Source of the DNA: a virus
Lineage: Duplodnaviria > Caudoviricetes
Length of the DNA: 63,685 nt
Strand: one strand, 5' to 3'
Virus record (IMG/VR): IMGVR_UViG_3300047360_000121
Location: 1 to 63,685 of that record
Numbering within the stretch: position 1 is the stretch's first letter; the number at the start of each line of letters is the position of its first letter. Under the pieces are notes generated by a model that saw only the letters and a list, made by a program, of their open reading frames with translations, made no database searches and was not told the origin of the DNA. The position numbers and the translations under genes are program-made. Shown here one piece after another: positions 36,201-45,925 of this stretch.

Positions 36201-37271
36201 TCAGGCGTCGTTGGTCACGCGAGCGCGAAGGCTGGCGTTCGGGTTCACCGGGACCATCAGCGGGGCCGACTGCGACATGATGAAGGTCGCGCTCGGGTCC
36301 TGCTCGGGCCACATCTTCGGGAAGATTTCGAGCGGCTGGAAGCCAGCGCCCACGTCCTGAATCGCGCCGAAGCAGCGGATGCCGTTGATGGACGGGCCGG
36401 TGAGCACGACATCGCGGGGGTCCATGAACTCGACCATCGTGCCGTCCTCGGACTGGTAGTAGTCCGAATAGACGTAGATGTCGGTGGTGCCGCTCACGCG
36501 ACCGACCCACTCCACGTCAAGCCCTTCGGTGACGCCGAGGTTCATCTCAAGCCCGTTGAACGCGCCGGGCTTGTAGTCGGTCTTCATCGCCTCGCGCAGT
36601 TCGGAGTCGTTGCGCATGATGTCCCACGCATCGGCACCCACGGTCAGGCGGTTGGTCGGCCCGCCGAACTTGGCTTTGCGGGTGCGCGACTTCCACGACT
36701 CGATGTCCTTGATGATCGAGACGCCCGGCTGGCCCCAGCGCGCCGCGCCGGTCAGGGAGATGGTGTGCGAGGGGTCGCGCTTGAAGTCCACGACCGTCTC
36801 CGGGTAGCCCTCGCCCACGAGGGTCACGCGGCCATGCTGCACGGCCTCGGACGCAAGCCACTCCCAGCGGCGCATGATGCCCCGGCGGTGCTCGGCCAGA
36901 ATGTCGGCCACCAGCAGGTTGTAGCGCGCTTGGGGCGACTTCGCAGGCTGGGCGTTCAGTTCGCCGTGGCCCGCCACCTTCTTGATGACGCGGCTGGCGC
37001 TCACGGCATCCTTGGGCTTCACGTAGGCGGGCTTGACCTGCACCCGCTCCTCGGCAGCCGAATACATCGGCTTACCCTGCGTGGTCGGAACGACCAGCGG
37101 GGCCAGCTTGCGCTGCGAGGTCAGCTTCGAGAAGTCCACGAACTCCTCATCGAAGTTGATCTGCTGCGGAAAGCAGAGCGACAGCCAGTAGTCGGACGGC
37201 GGCGTCGAAACGTCGGTGTCGTACATCGCACCAAGCAGAGCGCGAGTGCTGTAGATCGAATTATCGGGCAT
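36201..37271 (-). CDS. Major capsid protein (lambda gpE family)
   Basis: LAPLVVP, KPAYVKPK, RRWEWLA, FGAIQD, QSAPL. Confidence 0.93.
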   Translation of the reverse strand: MPDNSIYSTRALLGAMYDTDVSTPPSDYWLSLCFPQQINFDEEFVDFSKLTSQRKLAPLVVPTTQGKPMYSAAEERVQVKPAYVKPKDAVSASRVIKKVAGHGELNAQPAKSPQARYNLLVADILAEHRRGIMRRWEWLASEAVQHGRVTLVGEGYPETVVDFKRDPSHTISLTGAARWGQPGVSIIKDIESWKSRTRKAKFGGPTNRLTVGADAWDIMRNDSELREAMKTDYKPGAFNGLEMNLGVTEGLDVEWVGRVSGTTDIYVYSDYYQSEDGTMVEFMDPRDVVLTGPSINGIRCFGAIQDVGAGFQPLEIFPKMWPEQDPSATFIMSQSAPLMVPVNPNASLRARVTNDA

Positions 37272-37316
37272 TTCAGTTTTCCTTGCTTGCCTGCCGGGCG
37301 ATGGGCGGTCTGGCCG

Positions 37317-37739
37317 TTAGGCCAGCACACCGTCGCTGTTGTAGGGGTTGGTCCCGAGGATGATGTTCACCGGGGCCGGGCGACCGTCGAACGCGGCTTT
37401 CTTCTGCGCGTCGGTGACGTAGCTGGCATCGAAGACCAGCGCCTCGTAGTCGTAGTGACCGGCGACGATCACGTCCACGGTGAGCGACTGGCCCGCCGGG
37501 ATGCTCAGGGGCATCGGAAGGATGCCGATCGCGTTGTTGCCGGTGCGGGTCGCGAGGCCCGAAGTCGAGACGACCGAGTAGAGCGGCAGGTCGAGGTCCG
37601 AACCGCCAGCGGTGATCGTGTAGCTTTTCACGGCCAGCGGCGGGGTATCCTGAAGACGGAACTCCTTCGCGTTGCCCCAAGTCTCGGACGAGAACTCGGC
37701 GATGCCGGGCTTCCCACGGGGGATGGTATTGTCGGGCAT
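37317..37739 (-). CDS. Head decoration protein (gpD-like)
   Basis: Between protease and capsid; AIGIL...AGHYDYEALVF. Confidence 0.8.
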   Translation of the reverse strand: MPDNTIPRGKPGIAEFSSETWGNAKEFRLQDTPPLAVKSYTITAGGSDLDLPLYSVVSTSGLATRTGNNAIGILPMPLSIPAGQSLTVDVIVAGHYDYEALVFDASYVTDAQKKAAFDGRPAPVNIILGTNPYNSDGVLA

Positions 37740-37776
37740 GTGCCCCTCCTGTTTTCAGTTTCGCCGAGCGGCGGGG

Positions 37777-39096
37777 TTACTTCTTGATGCCGCGATAGCC
37801 GCGCATCGCGCCGACGATGCTGGCCGTGGCCTTGTCGTCGTCATCGAGATCGTCCTCCTCGTCGTCGTCCGAGGTGAGCGTCGCGCCGACCTTCGGGTTG
37901 CCCGAGGCGTCCATCGTGGAGTCGAACGGGGTCTTGCCCTTGGCAGCCGGGGCTTCGGTGGTCTTCGCCTCGGCCTTCTCCTCGGGAAGATCGCTCAGGA
38001 AGGCCACGGCGTCCTCGGCAGACATGCCGGTCTTCATGGCGGTGGACAGGGCGGCGACCGGGCGGGCCTTGCCTTCGTCCGAATTGAGGATCGCCGAGAT
38101 GCGCTGACGCTCGGCAGTCGCCGCAGCGGCGGTCGCTTCGGCGGTGGCTTCGGCGCGGGCCGTGGCGACCGCGCTATCCAGTTGCTCTTGGGTGTAGTCG
38201 GCCATAGCCAATTCGTCCTTTTCAGTGGTGGTCGTCTCTCCCGAGAACGCGACCAGTTCCTCGTTCAGTGCTCCGATCCGATCGGCGAAACCGTTCGCCA
38301 CCGAGTCCGTCGCATCGAAGGTCAGCGCCTCAGTATCCCGAACCGCTTTTTCGTCCATATCCCGGTTGCGCGCAACCGACGAAGTGAAGACCCCATAGAT
38401 ACGGTCGATTCTGTCCTGAATACGGGCTTTCACCGAATCAGGCAACTTCTGATAGGGGTTGCCGTCAACCTTGTGGTCGCCAGCGTAGATGAACGTCACC
38501 TTGATCCCCTGTTTGGCGAGGGCTTCCGAAACGTCCATGTGCGAAGTGACGACGCCGACCGAACCAGTTCCGCCCGAGCGGCTGACAACGAGTTCGGATG
38601 CGGACGACGCCAGCGCATAGGCTGCCGAGTAAGCGTGATCGGACGCGAACGCACGGATCGGTTTTTCGCCACGGGCTGCATGAACCTTATCTGCCAACTC
38701 GAAGCAGCCTGCCACCTCACCGCCGGGGCTGTCCACTACCAAAGCGACCCGCTGAACATTGGAATCGGCCATGCCCCGAATGAGGGCCTGCTCGATGTAG
38801 TCGTAGCCCGTGGCCCAGCGACCGAACGAGAAGCTGAACTTGTTCAGGAGAACCCCCTGAACGGGGATCAGCAGCGTCCCGTTCTGGACGTTGTAGGGCC
38901 GGAAGGCGTGGCCCGAGCCGTCGCCGTAGGGGTCCCAGAAGCTACCCGAGGCCATGGGCGCGGACAGCAGCTTGGCCCCGTCCTCGCTTTCGGTCAGCAT
39001 CTTCAGGCTGGCGTTGACCATGCCGACCTGTTCCGCGTCGATCAGGAGGGCGTTCGCGCTGAACGCTTCCATAAAGGCGTTATCACTCGTCGTCAT
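37777..39096 (-). CDS. S49-family prohead protease with scaffold C-terminus
   Basis: DSPGGEV, AYSAAYALAS, GSVGV, AGDHKVDGNPY; ERQRISAIL. Confidence 0.92.
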   Translation of the reverse strand: MTTSDNAFMEAFSANALLIDAEQVGMVNASLKMLTESEDGAKLLSAPMASGSFWDPYGDGSGHAFRPYNVQNGTLLIPVQGVLLNKFSFSFGRWATGYDYIEQALIRGMADSNVQRVALVVDSPGGEVAGCFELADKVHAARGEKPIRAFASDHAYSAAYALASSASELVVSRSGGTGSVGVVTSHMDVSEALAKQGIKVTFIYAGDHKVDGNPYQKLPDSVKARIQDRIDRIYGVFTSSVARNRDMDEKAVRDTEALTFDATDSVANGFADRIGALNEELVAFSGETTTTEKDELAMADYTQEQLDSAVATARAEATAEATAAAATAERQRISAILNSDEGKARPVAALSTAMKTGMSAEDAVAFLSDLPEEKAEAKTTEAPAAKGKTPFDSTMDASGNPKVGATLTSDDDEEDDLDDDDKATASIVGAMRGYRGIKK

Positions 39097-40753
39097 CGCT
39101 ATCCGTCCCGTCCTGTTCCTGCTGGCGCGGCGCACCGCTGGCGGCGTTCACGCTGTTGTCTTCCATGAGCACGATCCCTCGGGCCTCGCGCTCTTTCGTC
39201 TCGCGCTCAAGCTGGGGGTACACCTTGCGCCAGTCCTTGCCCAGCCGGGCGAGTTCGTCCTCGTGGGTGGACAGGCCGTACTTGATCCGAAGGACCGCCG
39301 CCTGCGTCTCCTTCAGTTCGTCAATCTGATCGCGGCCCGCGCCGATCCAGTCGCACTTCGCGAGCGCGTCGAACATCAGGTTCAGGTGGCCGTCCGTGTA
39401 GAGTTTCGCCGCCTCGGACGCGCGGAAGGTTTCGAGCCGGTCCTTGTTCACGGCTTCCTCAAGCCACAGCCGGAAGACGTGGTTGGCGAAAGCATCCGCC
39501 GTGTTCTTCTTCTTCGACTGCATGTGCTTGCGCGTCCCGGCCATGGCAGCCTTGGCGCTCGAATAGTTCGTGTTGGAATAGTCCCGCGTCAGTTCCTCGT
39601 AGGAGACGCCCAGAGACGCCGCGATGTAGCGCAGCAGCGACTTCTCGAAGTCCTGACCGACGCCGCCCGGCGTCCCGGCAGGCCGCATTTGCAGCTTCGT
39701 GCCGGGGAACAGGTGGGGCACCTTCACACCGTCGATCATCAGGTTCTTGGCCGAGCCGACATACTGGCTGATCGCGCCGAGGTATTGCGTCGCGAAGTCC
39801 ACGACACCGCCCGCCGCGCTGCCGCGCCCCGCGCCAAGCTGTTCGTACACCGCCTGCGACGGCAATTCGGACTCGATCGAGGCCGCGTACATCGCGTTGA
39901 CCACGGCGTTCTGAAGCGTCACGTCGCGGAACTTCCGGGTGATCGCGATCTCCTTCAGACCGGCGACGATGCTGCTGACAGCGCGCGTCTGGCCGACCCG
40001 GTTCTGCTCGTGCAGGAAGATCACCTGTTGGCGACCCCACGGCTTTCGGAAGGGCACCTCCTTCCAGAAGTTCTCGCCGCGCCACGCCATGCCGTAATCC
40101 ATCGGGTGATCGACCCGGATATAGGCGCTGCGGCGGCGACCGAAGCGATCGAACCGGATGCCCTTACGGACGTTCCGGTCGTTCAGCAACTCGTAGGGCG
40201 TGGACAGGCGGTCGGCGTCGATCATCTGAATCGCGGTGCCGAACTCACGCCCGCCGCCGCGAAGCCATTCGACCGTCGCCAGAACCTCGCCGCCCATGGT
40301 GTTGACGCCGACCGCGAGCCGGATCATCGCCGTGAAGTCGTTCTGTTCGGAAGCGTCCACCCAATTCATCGGGCTTTCGGCCCAGAGTGTGAACTTCTCC
40401 TCGACCTCCTTCTGGAAATTTTCGGCCCACGCCTCGGTCTTGCCGAGCACCGACCAGATCGGTTTCGAGTTCAGCAGGTAGGAGGAGCCGACGATCGAGT
40501 CCTTGTGCAACTCAAAGCCGTTCTGCACATAGGCGTCGTTCCGGCCCACGTCGCGGGTCCGGCCATCGAGCGTGTCCTTCTCGGGCAGCAGGTCGAGGTC
40601 GGCAGACTGCACGGGCGGGTTCCACCCGGCAATCTGATTGTCGAACCGCGCCGCGCCGTCATAGGCCCCGCCGAACGCCGCCGGGTCCGAAACGCCAGAC
40701 CCCACGAGGGCGTCGATTTCGCGCTGTTCGTCTTGCGTGAGGTCTTTAGCCAT
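39083..40753 (-). CDS. Portal protein (lambda family)
   Basis: QMIDADRL, GQTRAVS, LGVSYEELTRDYSNTNYSS, IDELKE. Confidence 0.93.
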   Translation of the reverse strand: MAKDLTQDEQREIDALVGSGVSDPAAFGGAYDGAARFDNQIAGWNPPVQSADLDLLPEKDTLDGRTRDVGRNDAYVQNGFELHKDSIVGSSYLLNSKPIWSVLGKTEAWAENFQKEVEEKFTLWAESPMNWVDASEQNDFTAMIRLAVGVNTMGGEVLATVEWLRGGGREFGTAIQMIDADRLSTPYELLNDRNVRKGIRFDRFGRRRSAYIRVDHPMDYGMAWRGENFWKEVPFRKPWGRQQVIFLHEQNRVGQTRAVSSIVAGLKEIAITRKFRDVTLQNAVVNAMYAASIESELPSQAVYEQLGAGRGSAAGGVVDFATQYLGAISQYVGSAKNLMIDGVKVPHLFPGTKLQMRPAGTPGGVGQDFEKSLLRYIAASLGVSYEELTRDYSNTNYSSAKAAMAGTRKHMQSKKKNTADAFANHVFRLWLEEAVNKDRLETFRASEAAKLYTDGHLNLMFDALAKCDWIGAGRDQIDELKETQAAVLRIKYGLSTHEDELARLGKDWRKVYPQLERETKEREARGIVLMEDNSVNAASGAPRQQEQDGTDSDDDE

Positions 40754-40990
40754 TCAGAGCATCCACGGGGTCATCGGTCCAGAGATGCCCGTGGGCTTCC
40801 CGAGTTGGACCTTCAGGTTCATCACATAGCCGCGCAGGCGGTCCATGCTCGTCATGGCGAACTCGACACGCTCGCCGTTCTGGTCAACGAAGACCCGCGC
40901 CTTGTTCCCGATCGCCAGTTGATGCAGGGCATCCTCGGCTTCGGTGAGCCGGGCTTCGAGGATTACGCGCTGTTCATCGGTCAGGGTCAT
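40754..40990 (-). CDS. Head-to-tail joining protein gpW
   Basis: ALHQLAIG..ARVFVDQNGERVEF; between terminase and portal. Confidence 0.88.
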   Translation of the reverse strand: MTLTDEQRVILEARLTEAEDALHQLAIGNKARVFVDQNGERVEFAMTSMDRLRGYVMNLKVQLGKPTGISGPMTPWML

Positions 40991-43125
40991 GCCAGATTAC
41001 TCGCCAGTTTGGACAGACTATGCCCCGGTTTCGGTTCAGCGTCGAACGCTTTTTCCTGCACCGACGGATCGAAGACCAAATCGTTCTGGTCCCACTCCTC
41101 GGCCCAAGACGGCGGGTTGGACGGGTCCATGTATTCCAGACCGATCGCAGGCGTCAACGTAGCGGCGACACAATAGACCAGCAAGTCCCAGCTTTCGTTT
41201 CGGTAGTTCCGGGGGTTCAGCCAGCCCTTCACGGGGTCCTTCACCTCGACGGTCAGTTCGATGTAGAAGTTATCGTTCAGCCACTTCGGGAAGCAGAACC
41301 GACCGCCGGGATCGAGACGGTCGAGTTTCTTGTCCACCATGTCCTTCACGGTGTTCGGGTTGATGAACAGCACGGGGATTTCGCCCCGCGCCCCGGCGTT
41401 CCGGTCCTTCCGCTGCGAGTCCGGGTAGCTGATCGCGACGCGCGGCGCTTCCTTCTGCGAGGCACCCTTCAGCAACATGAAGCGCCCGGCCATGCCTGGG
41501 TCCCATTCATAGGTTCCCTCGTCCCGGTTGGTCTGGGATTCTTCGTCCTCGGGGCCATAGCGCAGCCACCGCACGAAGTTGTATGCGTTCGCGGTCACGC
41601 CCTCGCGGCCACCGGAGTCGCAAATCACCTGCTTCACGCCCATCATGCGGCCCGAGCCGTCCGACAGCGGGTAAGCCTTCGCCAGCACCTCGTCGGCCAG
41701 CAGCTTCCAGTCCTCGGGGTACGCGCCGGGGTTCACCCACAGGCGCTCGCCGTCGTCGTCCTTCCGCTTGGACTTCTTGATCTCGAAGCGGTCGATCACG
41801 TAGATGTCGCCGTTCAGCGCGACGCCCTGTACCTGAACCACGAAGCGGTTCTTCTGCACGTCAATCGTCGCGATCAGGAAGCGCACCGCCGCCGGGACTT
41901 CGCGGAAGCCGAGATCGCGGGCGCGGGCCTTGATCGCCTCGGGCACCCGGTCGCTGGCGAGGCTCTTGGGCGTGTAGGCGTCACCCTGATCGGTGTTCAC
42001 GGTCGTCTTCAGCGTCTCCTCAGAGCCGGTGTTCTCGTAGTCCTTAATCGCCGACAGGTAATTGAACACGAGCGTCTTCCAGTCGGAGAACGCGGCGGCG
42101 ACGCCCTTCAACCAGAACGAGGCGATCGAGGAGCGCATCGGCGTCCCGGTGATCGAGCCGTCCTTCGCCCATGTCATGCCGTCCTGAATCCAGCGCCCGT
42201 TCCGGTTCATCTCGTGCTTGCCGGGCATCCCGTCCATCGGGTCGTGGTGGTAGTCGATCCCGCAATGCGGGCAGCGCAGCGTCGCCATCTCGGCAGCCGC
42301 CATCATGTCGTCGGTTTTGGGCCAGACTAGCAGGCTGAAGTCCGGCTCAAACTTGCCGTGGCACTCAACACAATCCCAGTACCAGCGCCGCCGGTCGCCC
42401 CGGTTGTAGAGCGCGAGGACGCCACGGGTGGGCGGGGCTTCATGCTTCGTGGCGCGGACCCATTTCGGGTTCTCGACGGCGTAGCCGGGCGAGGACTCAG
42501 CCGCGCACATGCCGTGACTGCGGAAGGAGGTCGCGCGCTTTCGGGCGAGGTCGAAGGGGTTGCCCTCGCCGTCCACGTCTTCCGGCATCCGGTCGTAGTC
42601 GGTCAGCAGCAGGCGGGGGATCGGCTTGCCGGACAGTTCGTTGATCGTCGGCCACGACAGGGTGAGCATCATCCCCGACTTGTAGTGCTTGTCGAAGGTG
42701 TTGTCGGCACTCTTGGACGGGGCCAGCATCGCGCCGACTTCTGGGCTGTGCCGGTGCATCCGGTCCACCCGGCGCATCGAGAAGTCGCGCGCCGTGGTCT
42801 GCGAGGTCTGCACGAGCATCATGTCGGCGGGGTCGCACATGACGGAATAAGTCTGCCAATTCAAGAACATCTCAGTTTTCCCGGCCTGAGCCGGGCCACT
42901 GAAAACCATGCCCGTGAAGTCCCGAGATTGCAGGGTGTTCATCGGCTCGATCAGGTATGGCGTGATGTCGTTCTTCAGCGGCCCGACGTAAGCGCCGGGG
43001 TTGTTCAGCTTGCGGTATCGCTCGGCAGCCTCGGCCACGGTCAGGCGCTCAGGCGGGCGCGCGCTCTTGGCCGCGTCCACGACCAGCGACTCGATCGTCT
43101 CATTGAACAGGTGCCGGGCGTTCAT
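40987..43125 (-). CDS. terL: Terminase large subunit (lambda GpA family)
   Basis: TPYL.EPM, GPAQAGKTE, LTDYDR, ESSP, GDRRRWY..C..C, TIDVQ, DSGG, RNESWDL. Confidence 0.95.
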   Translation of the reverse strand: MNARHLFNETIESLVVDAAKSARPPERLTVAEAAERYRKLNNPGAYVGPLKNDITPYLIEPMNTLQSRDFTGMVFSGPAQAGKTEMFLNWQTYSVMCDPADMMLVQTSQTTARDFSMRRVDRMHRHSPEVGAMLAPSKSADNTFDKHYKSGMMLTLSWPTINELSGKPIPRLLLTDYDRMPEDVDGEGNPFDLARKRATSFRSHGMCAAESSPGYAVENPKWVRATKHEAPPTRGVLALYNRGDRRRWYWDCVECHGKFEPDFSLLVWPKTDDMMAAAEMATLRCPHCGIDYHHDPMDGMPGKHEMNRNGRWIQDGMTWAKDGSITGTPMRSSIASFWLKGVAAAFSDWKTLVFNYLSAIKDYENTGSEETLKTTVNTDQGDAYTPKSLASDRVPEAIKARARDLGFREVPAAVRFLIATIDVQKNRFVVQVQGVALNGDIYVIDRFEIKKSKRKDDDGERLWVNPGAYPEDWKLLADEVLAKAYPLSDGSGRMMGVKQVICDSGGREGVTANAYNFVRWLRYGPEDEESQTNRDEGTYEWDPGMAGRFMLLKGASQKEAPRVAISYPDSQRKDRNAGARGEIPVLFINPNTVKDMVDKKLDRLDPGGRFCFPKWLNDNFYIELTVEVKDPVKGWLNPRNYRNESWDLLVYCVAATLTPAIGLEYMDPSNPPSWAEEWDQNDLVFDPSVQEKAFDAEPKPGHSLSKLASNLA

Positions 43126-43820
43126 ACCATGTCCTCGATCTCGGCGTCTTCGGCGTCTTCGTCCGCGTCGTCGGCCATGATGGTTTCGATGCGCTCGGAG
43201 TCGCCGAACCGTTGCTCAAGTTCGGCCAACTGCGGCCCGGTCATGTTCTCGTTCATCTGCTTCACGAGGGCGTCGAAAATCGCACCCTGAAGCGCATCCG
43301 ACATTTCGATGATGATCCGGCGCTGATCCTCGGAAAGCTGGACCTGCCGCTCGACGGTATCGGCCCAAAGCTGGACGGTGAACTTGATCGTCTGGAAGGT
43401 GCTGCCGAGCACTTCCCTGATCTGGTCCGTGCGCCACAGGTCGCCCGCGTTCTCCTCCCACTTCTGCCGCTTCAGCATGGCGTCCCACACCGACTGCTGA
43501 AGCGCCGGGGGCAGGTCGCCCTTCTTCAGCGCCTTCATGTATTCCTTCGTGCTGAAGGCCGGGGCCACGAGGAAACCCGCCGCCGTGCGCAGGTCGTAGA
43601 GGTGGACCTTCATCTTCGTGCCGCGCGTCTTCGTCGCCTTGATCGGGCAGCCGCGCAGCCGGTAGCGCACGGTCGGCTCGGGCATCTTGAACGCCGTGGA
43701 CAGCCACGCCGTCGTCACGCCCTTGGCGGTCAGATCGCCGTCTGCGGCGAGCCGGTGATCCACGCCCTGCTGGCGGGACTGCCGGTGCAGGTCCAGCCGC
43801 TTTTCGATGCTCTTAGCCAT
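43122..43820 (-). CDS. terS: Terminase small subunit (DUF1441-like)
   Basis: Immediately upstream of terL; N-terminal HTH-like segment; LPPALQ..WDA..KRQKWEENAGDLW. Confidence 0.85.
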   Translation of the reverse strand: MAKSIEKRLDLHRQSRQQGVDHRLAADGDLTAKGVTTAWLSTAFKMPEPTVRYRLRGCPIKATKTRGTKMKVHLYDLRTAAGFLVAPAFSTKEYMKALKKGDLPPALQQSVWDAMLKRQKWEENAGDLWRTDQIREVLGSTFQTIKFTVQLWADTVERQVQLSEDQRRIIIEMSDALQGAIFDALVKQMNENMTGPQLAELEQRFGDSERIETIMADDADEDAEDAEIEDMV

Positions 43821-45315
43821 GCGCGGCCCTCTCCAACTGCACCATGACAGCTTCCTTCAATCGGTCTTCGGTCGCCTTCCGGTTCCGCAGGACCGGCAGG
43901 ATCAGTTCGTCGGCGGTGCCCTCCGCGATGATTCGGTGCAGGAACACCCGGTCGCGCGTCTGCCCCGATCGGTGCAGCCGCTTGAGGAACTGCATGTAGA
44001 GTTCATGACTCCACGTCAGCCCGTACCAAACCGAGATGTTGGACCCGGCCTGAAAGTTCAGCCCGTGGCCCGCACTGGCGGGGTGCAGCAACAGCATCCG
44101 AATCCGCCCGGCGTTCCAGTCGCGCATATCGCTCGCGCTATCACCGAAAACCCGGACGTAGGGAAACCGCTTCTTGATCGCATCTTTATCGAACTTGAAC
44201 GAGTAGGCAACCAGCATTGGCGCACCCGCACTCTCCTGAACGATGGATTCCAGCGCGTCCAGCTTCTCGGTGTGGACCGGCACCGCGTCGCCGTCCTCGG
44301 TATAGAGCGAGCCGTTGGCGAACTGAAGCAGCTTGCCGGTGAGCACACCGTTGTTCACGGCCTCGATCGTCTCAGGTTCGTCCCGGTTGTTCACGAGGTC
44401 GATCGCCATCTCGCGCTCAAACTCGCGGTATCGCTTCATCACGGCCCGGTCGAGCCGGACCTTATGGTCGATCTCGACCAGCGGCGGCAGCTTCAGGTAG
44501 TCCTGTTCGCGCAGCGCGAAGAACCGATCCTTGATCCGGCTCATGATCTCATCCTCGGAATGGGCCAGAGGTTCGATCGTATGGGCGTACTGGTTCTCCA
44601 CGAACCACCGCTGCTTGTAGGCCGTGATCGACGTGCCGAGGCGTTCCCCCTTGTCCACGGCGTACATCGGCCCCCAGAGGTCGATCAGGCCGTTCGGGGC
44701 CGGGGTGCCGGACAGGCCGACGAACCGTACCGTCTTCGTGCGCACCCGGTCGATCACACCGAGTTCGGTCAGGCGCGGCGCGGGCATGGTGCCGTCTGCG
44801 CGGGGCTTCGGCTTCGAGCGTTTCCGGCCCGCCTTCAGGCGGCTCACCTCGTCGTAGATGATCGTGTCGAAGGGCCAGCGCCGCAGGCCGATGTATTTGA
44901 TGAGCCAGCCGAGGTTTTCCCGGTTGACGATCGTGATCTTGCACGGCCCGAAGCGCAGCGCGGCCTTCCGCTCGGCCTCAGTGCCGGTGACGATCCGGTA
45001 GCGCAGATGCCGCGAGAAAGACCACTTCGCGATCTCCTCGGGCCATGTGTTCTCGGTCACGCGCAGCGGCGCGATGATGAGGACGTGCTTGGCCTCGCCG
45101 GTAGCGATCAGGTCGGACACGGCCTTCAGCACCGCCCCGGTCTTCCCGAGGCCCATCTCAGCGCCCAGCAGGACGCCCGGCAGGCTCTTGATCGCGTCCA
45201 CCATCCAGTTCTGGTAGGGGCGCAGGTTCTCAGCGTCGAGGATCGTCTTCGGCGGGCCGTGGATCAGTTCGATCGCCTCGATGTCGGTCAGGTGCTTCGG
45301 GAGAACGGTCTTCAC
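43813..45315 (-). CDS. SNF2-family helicase
   Basis: LRPYQ, EMGLGKT, YDEVS, LSGTP, SAGHGLNFQ, RLHRSGQ. Confidence 0.93.
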   Translation of the reverse strand: MKTVLPKHLTDIEAIELIHGPPKTILDAENLRPYQNWMVDAIKSLPGVLLGAEMGLGKTGAVLKAVSDLIATGEAKHVLIIAPLRVTENTWPEEIAKWSFSRHLRYRIVTGTEAERKAALRFGPCKITIVNRENLGWLIKYIGLRRWPFDTIIYDEVSRLKAGRKRSKPKPRADGTMPAPRLTELGVIDRVRTKTVRFVGLSGTPAPNGLIDLWGPMYAVDKGERLGTSITAYKQRWFVENQYAHTIEPLAHSEDEIMSRIKDRFFALREQDYLKLPPLVEIDHKVRLDRAVMKRYREFEREMAIDLVNNRDEPETIEAVNNGVLTGKLLQFANGSLYTEDGDAVPVHTEKLDALESIVQESAGAPMLVAYSFKFDKDAIKKRFPYVRVFGDSASDMRDWNAGRIRMLLLHPASAGHGLNFQAGSNISVWYGLTWSHELYMQFLKRLHRSGQTRDRVFLHRIIAEGTADELILPVLRNRKATEDRLKEAVMVQLERAAHG

Positions 45316-45635
45316 ACAATGTCCTTCCAGTCGTCGTCCAGCGGTGGCCCGCCGTTGTGCCCCGGCAGCAGCCAGAGGATGCGCAGGGCGTCCGTGGCAG
45401 TATCGCAGACATGCACCTCAATGCCAGCCTTCCGCATCCTCTCATGCTCAACGGTCTGGCCCCGGCGAGGCGACTCACCGGGGCGCTTGAACTCGATGAA
45501 GACCGTTCCGCGATCAGCGCGGGCGAACAGCCGGTCGGGTGCGTGGCGGCGACCCGGCCATTGGACCTTCCGCACGTAGTAGCCCGCCATCTCGGCGCGG
45601 CGAACGACCGGCATCTCGACGGCAGACTCCCGCAT
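45312..45635 (-). CDS. VRR-NUC nuclease
   Basis: RESAVE, APDRL, FIEFKRPG, Q..EH. Confidence 0.9.
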   Translation of the reverse strand: MRESAVEMPVVRRAEMAGYYVRKVQWPGRRHAPDRLFARADRGTVFIEFKRPGESPRRGQTVEHERMRKAGIEVHVCDTATDALRILWLLPGHNGGPPLDDDWKDIV

Positions 45636-45922
45636 TACTTCGGGCCGCCGCTGCCTCGGATCGTGAGCGTTTTAGTGCTCGCGGCTTCGGGGTCGGCGTT
45701 TTCGAGGTTCACTTCGGTTTCCCGCGCTTTCGGTTCAGCGCCGCCGGTCACGAACCGCCCGTCGAAGAACTCGGAACAGGGCCGGACCCAGACCGTGTTG
45801 CCGATCAGCGTCTTGTAGATCACCACGGGGGTCATGTCGCTCTCGCGGATGCCGAAATGAATGATGCGGTAGTGCCTGCCGGTCTTCTGGTGGGTGTAGA
45901 TCAGGTCGGTGAAGTGGGCCAT
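45635..45922 (-). CDS. DUF1653-like protein
   Basis: YTHQKTG.HY, VVIYK, WVRP..EFFDGRF. Confidence 0.8.
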   Translation of the reverse strand: MAHFTDLIYTHQKTGRHYRIIHFGIRESDMTPVVIYKTLIGNTVWVRPCSEFFDGRFVTGGAEPKARETEVNLENADPEAASTKTLTIRGSGGPK

Positions 45923-45925
45923 GTG

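Noticed and set aside
39083-39110. Portal (…DSDDDE) and ThyX (…FEDEE) tails as members of the C-terminal tag set
   Set aside because: They are acidic but lack the terminal aliphatic pair, so they were not counted.
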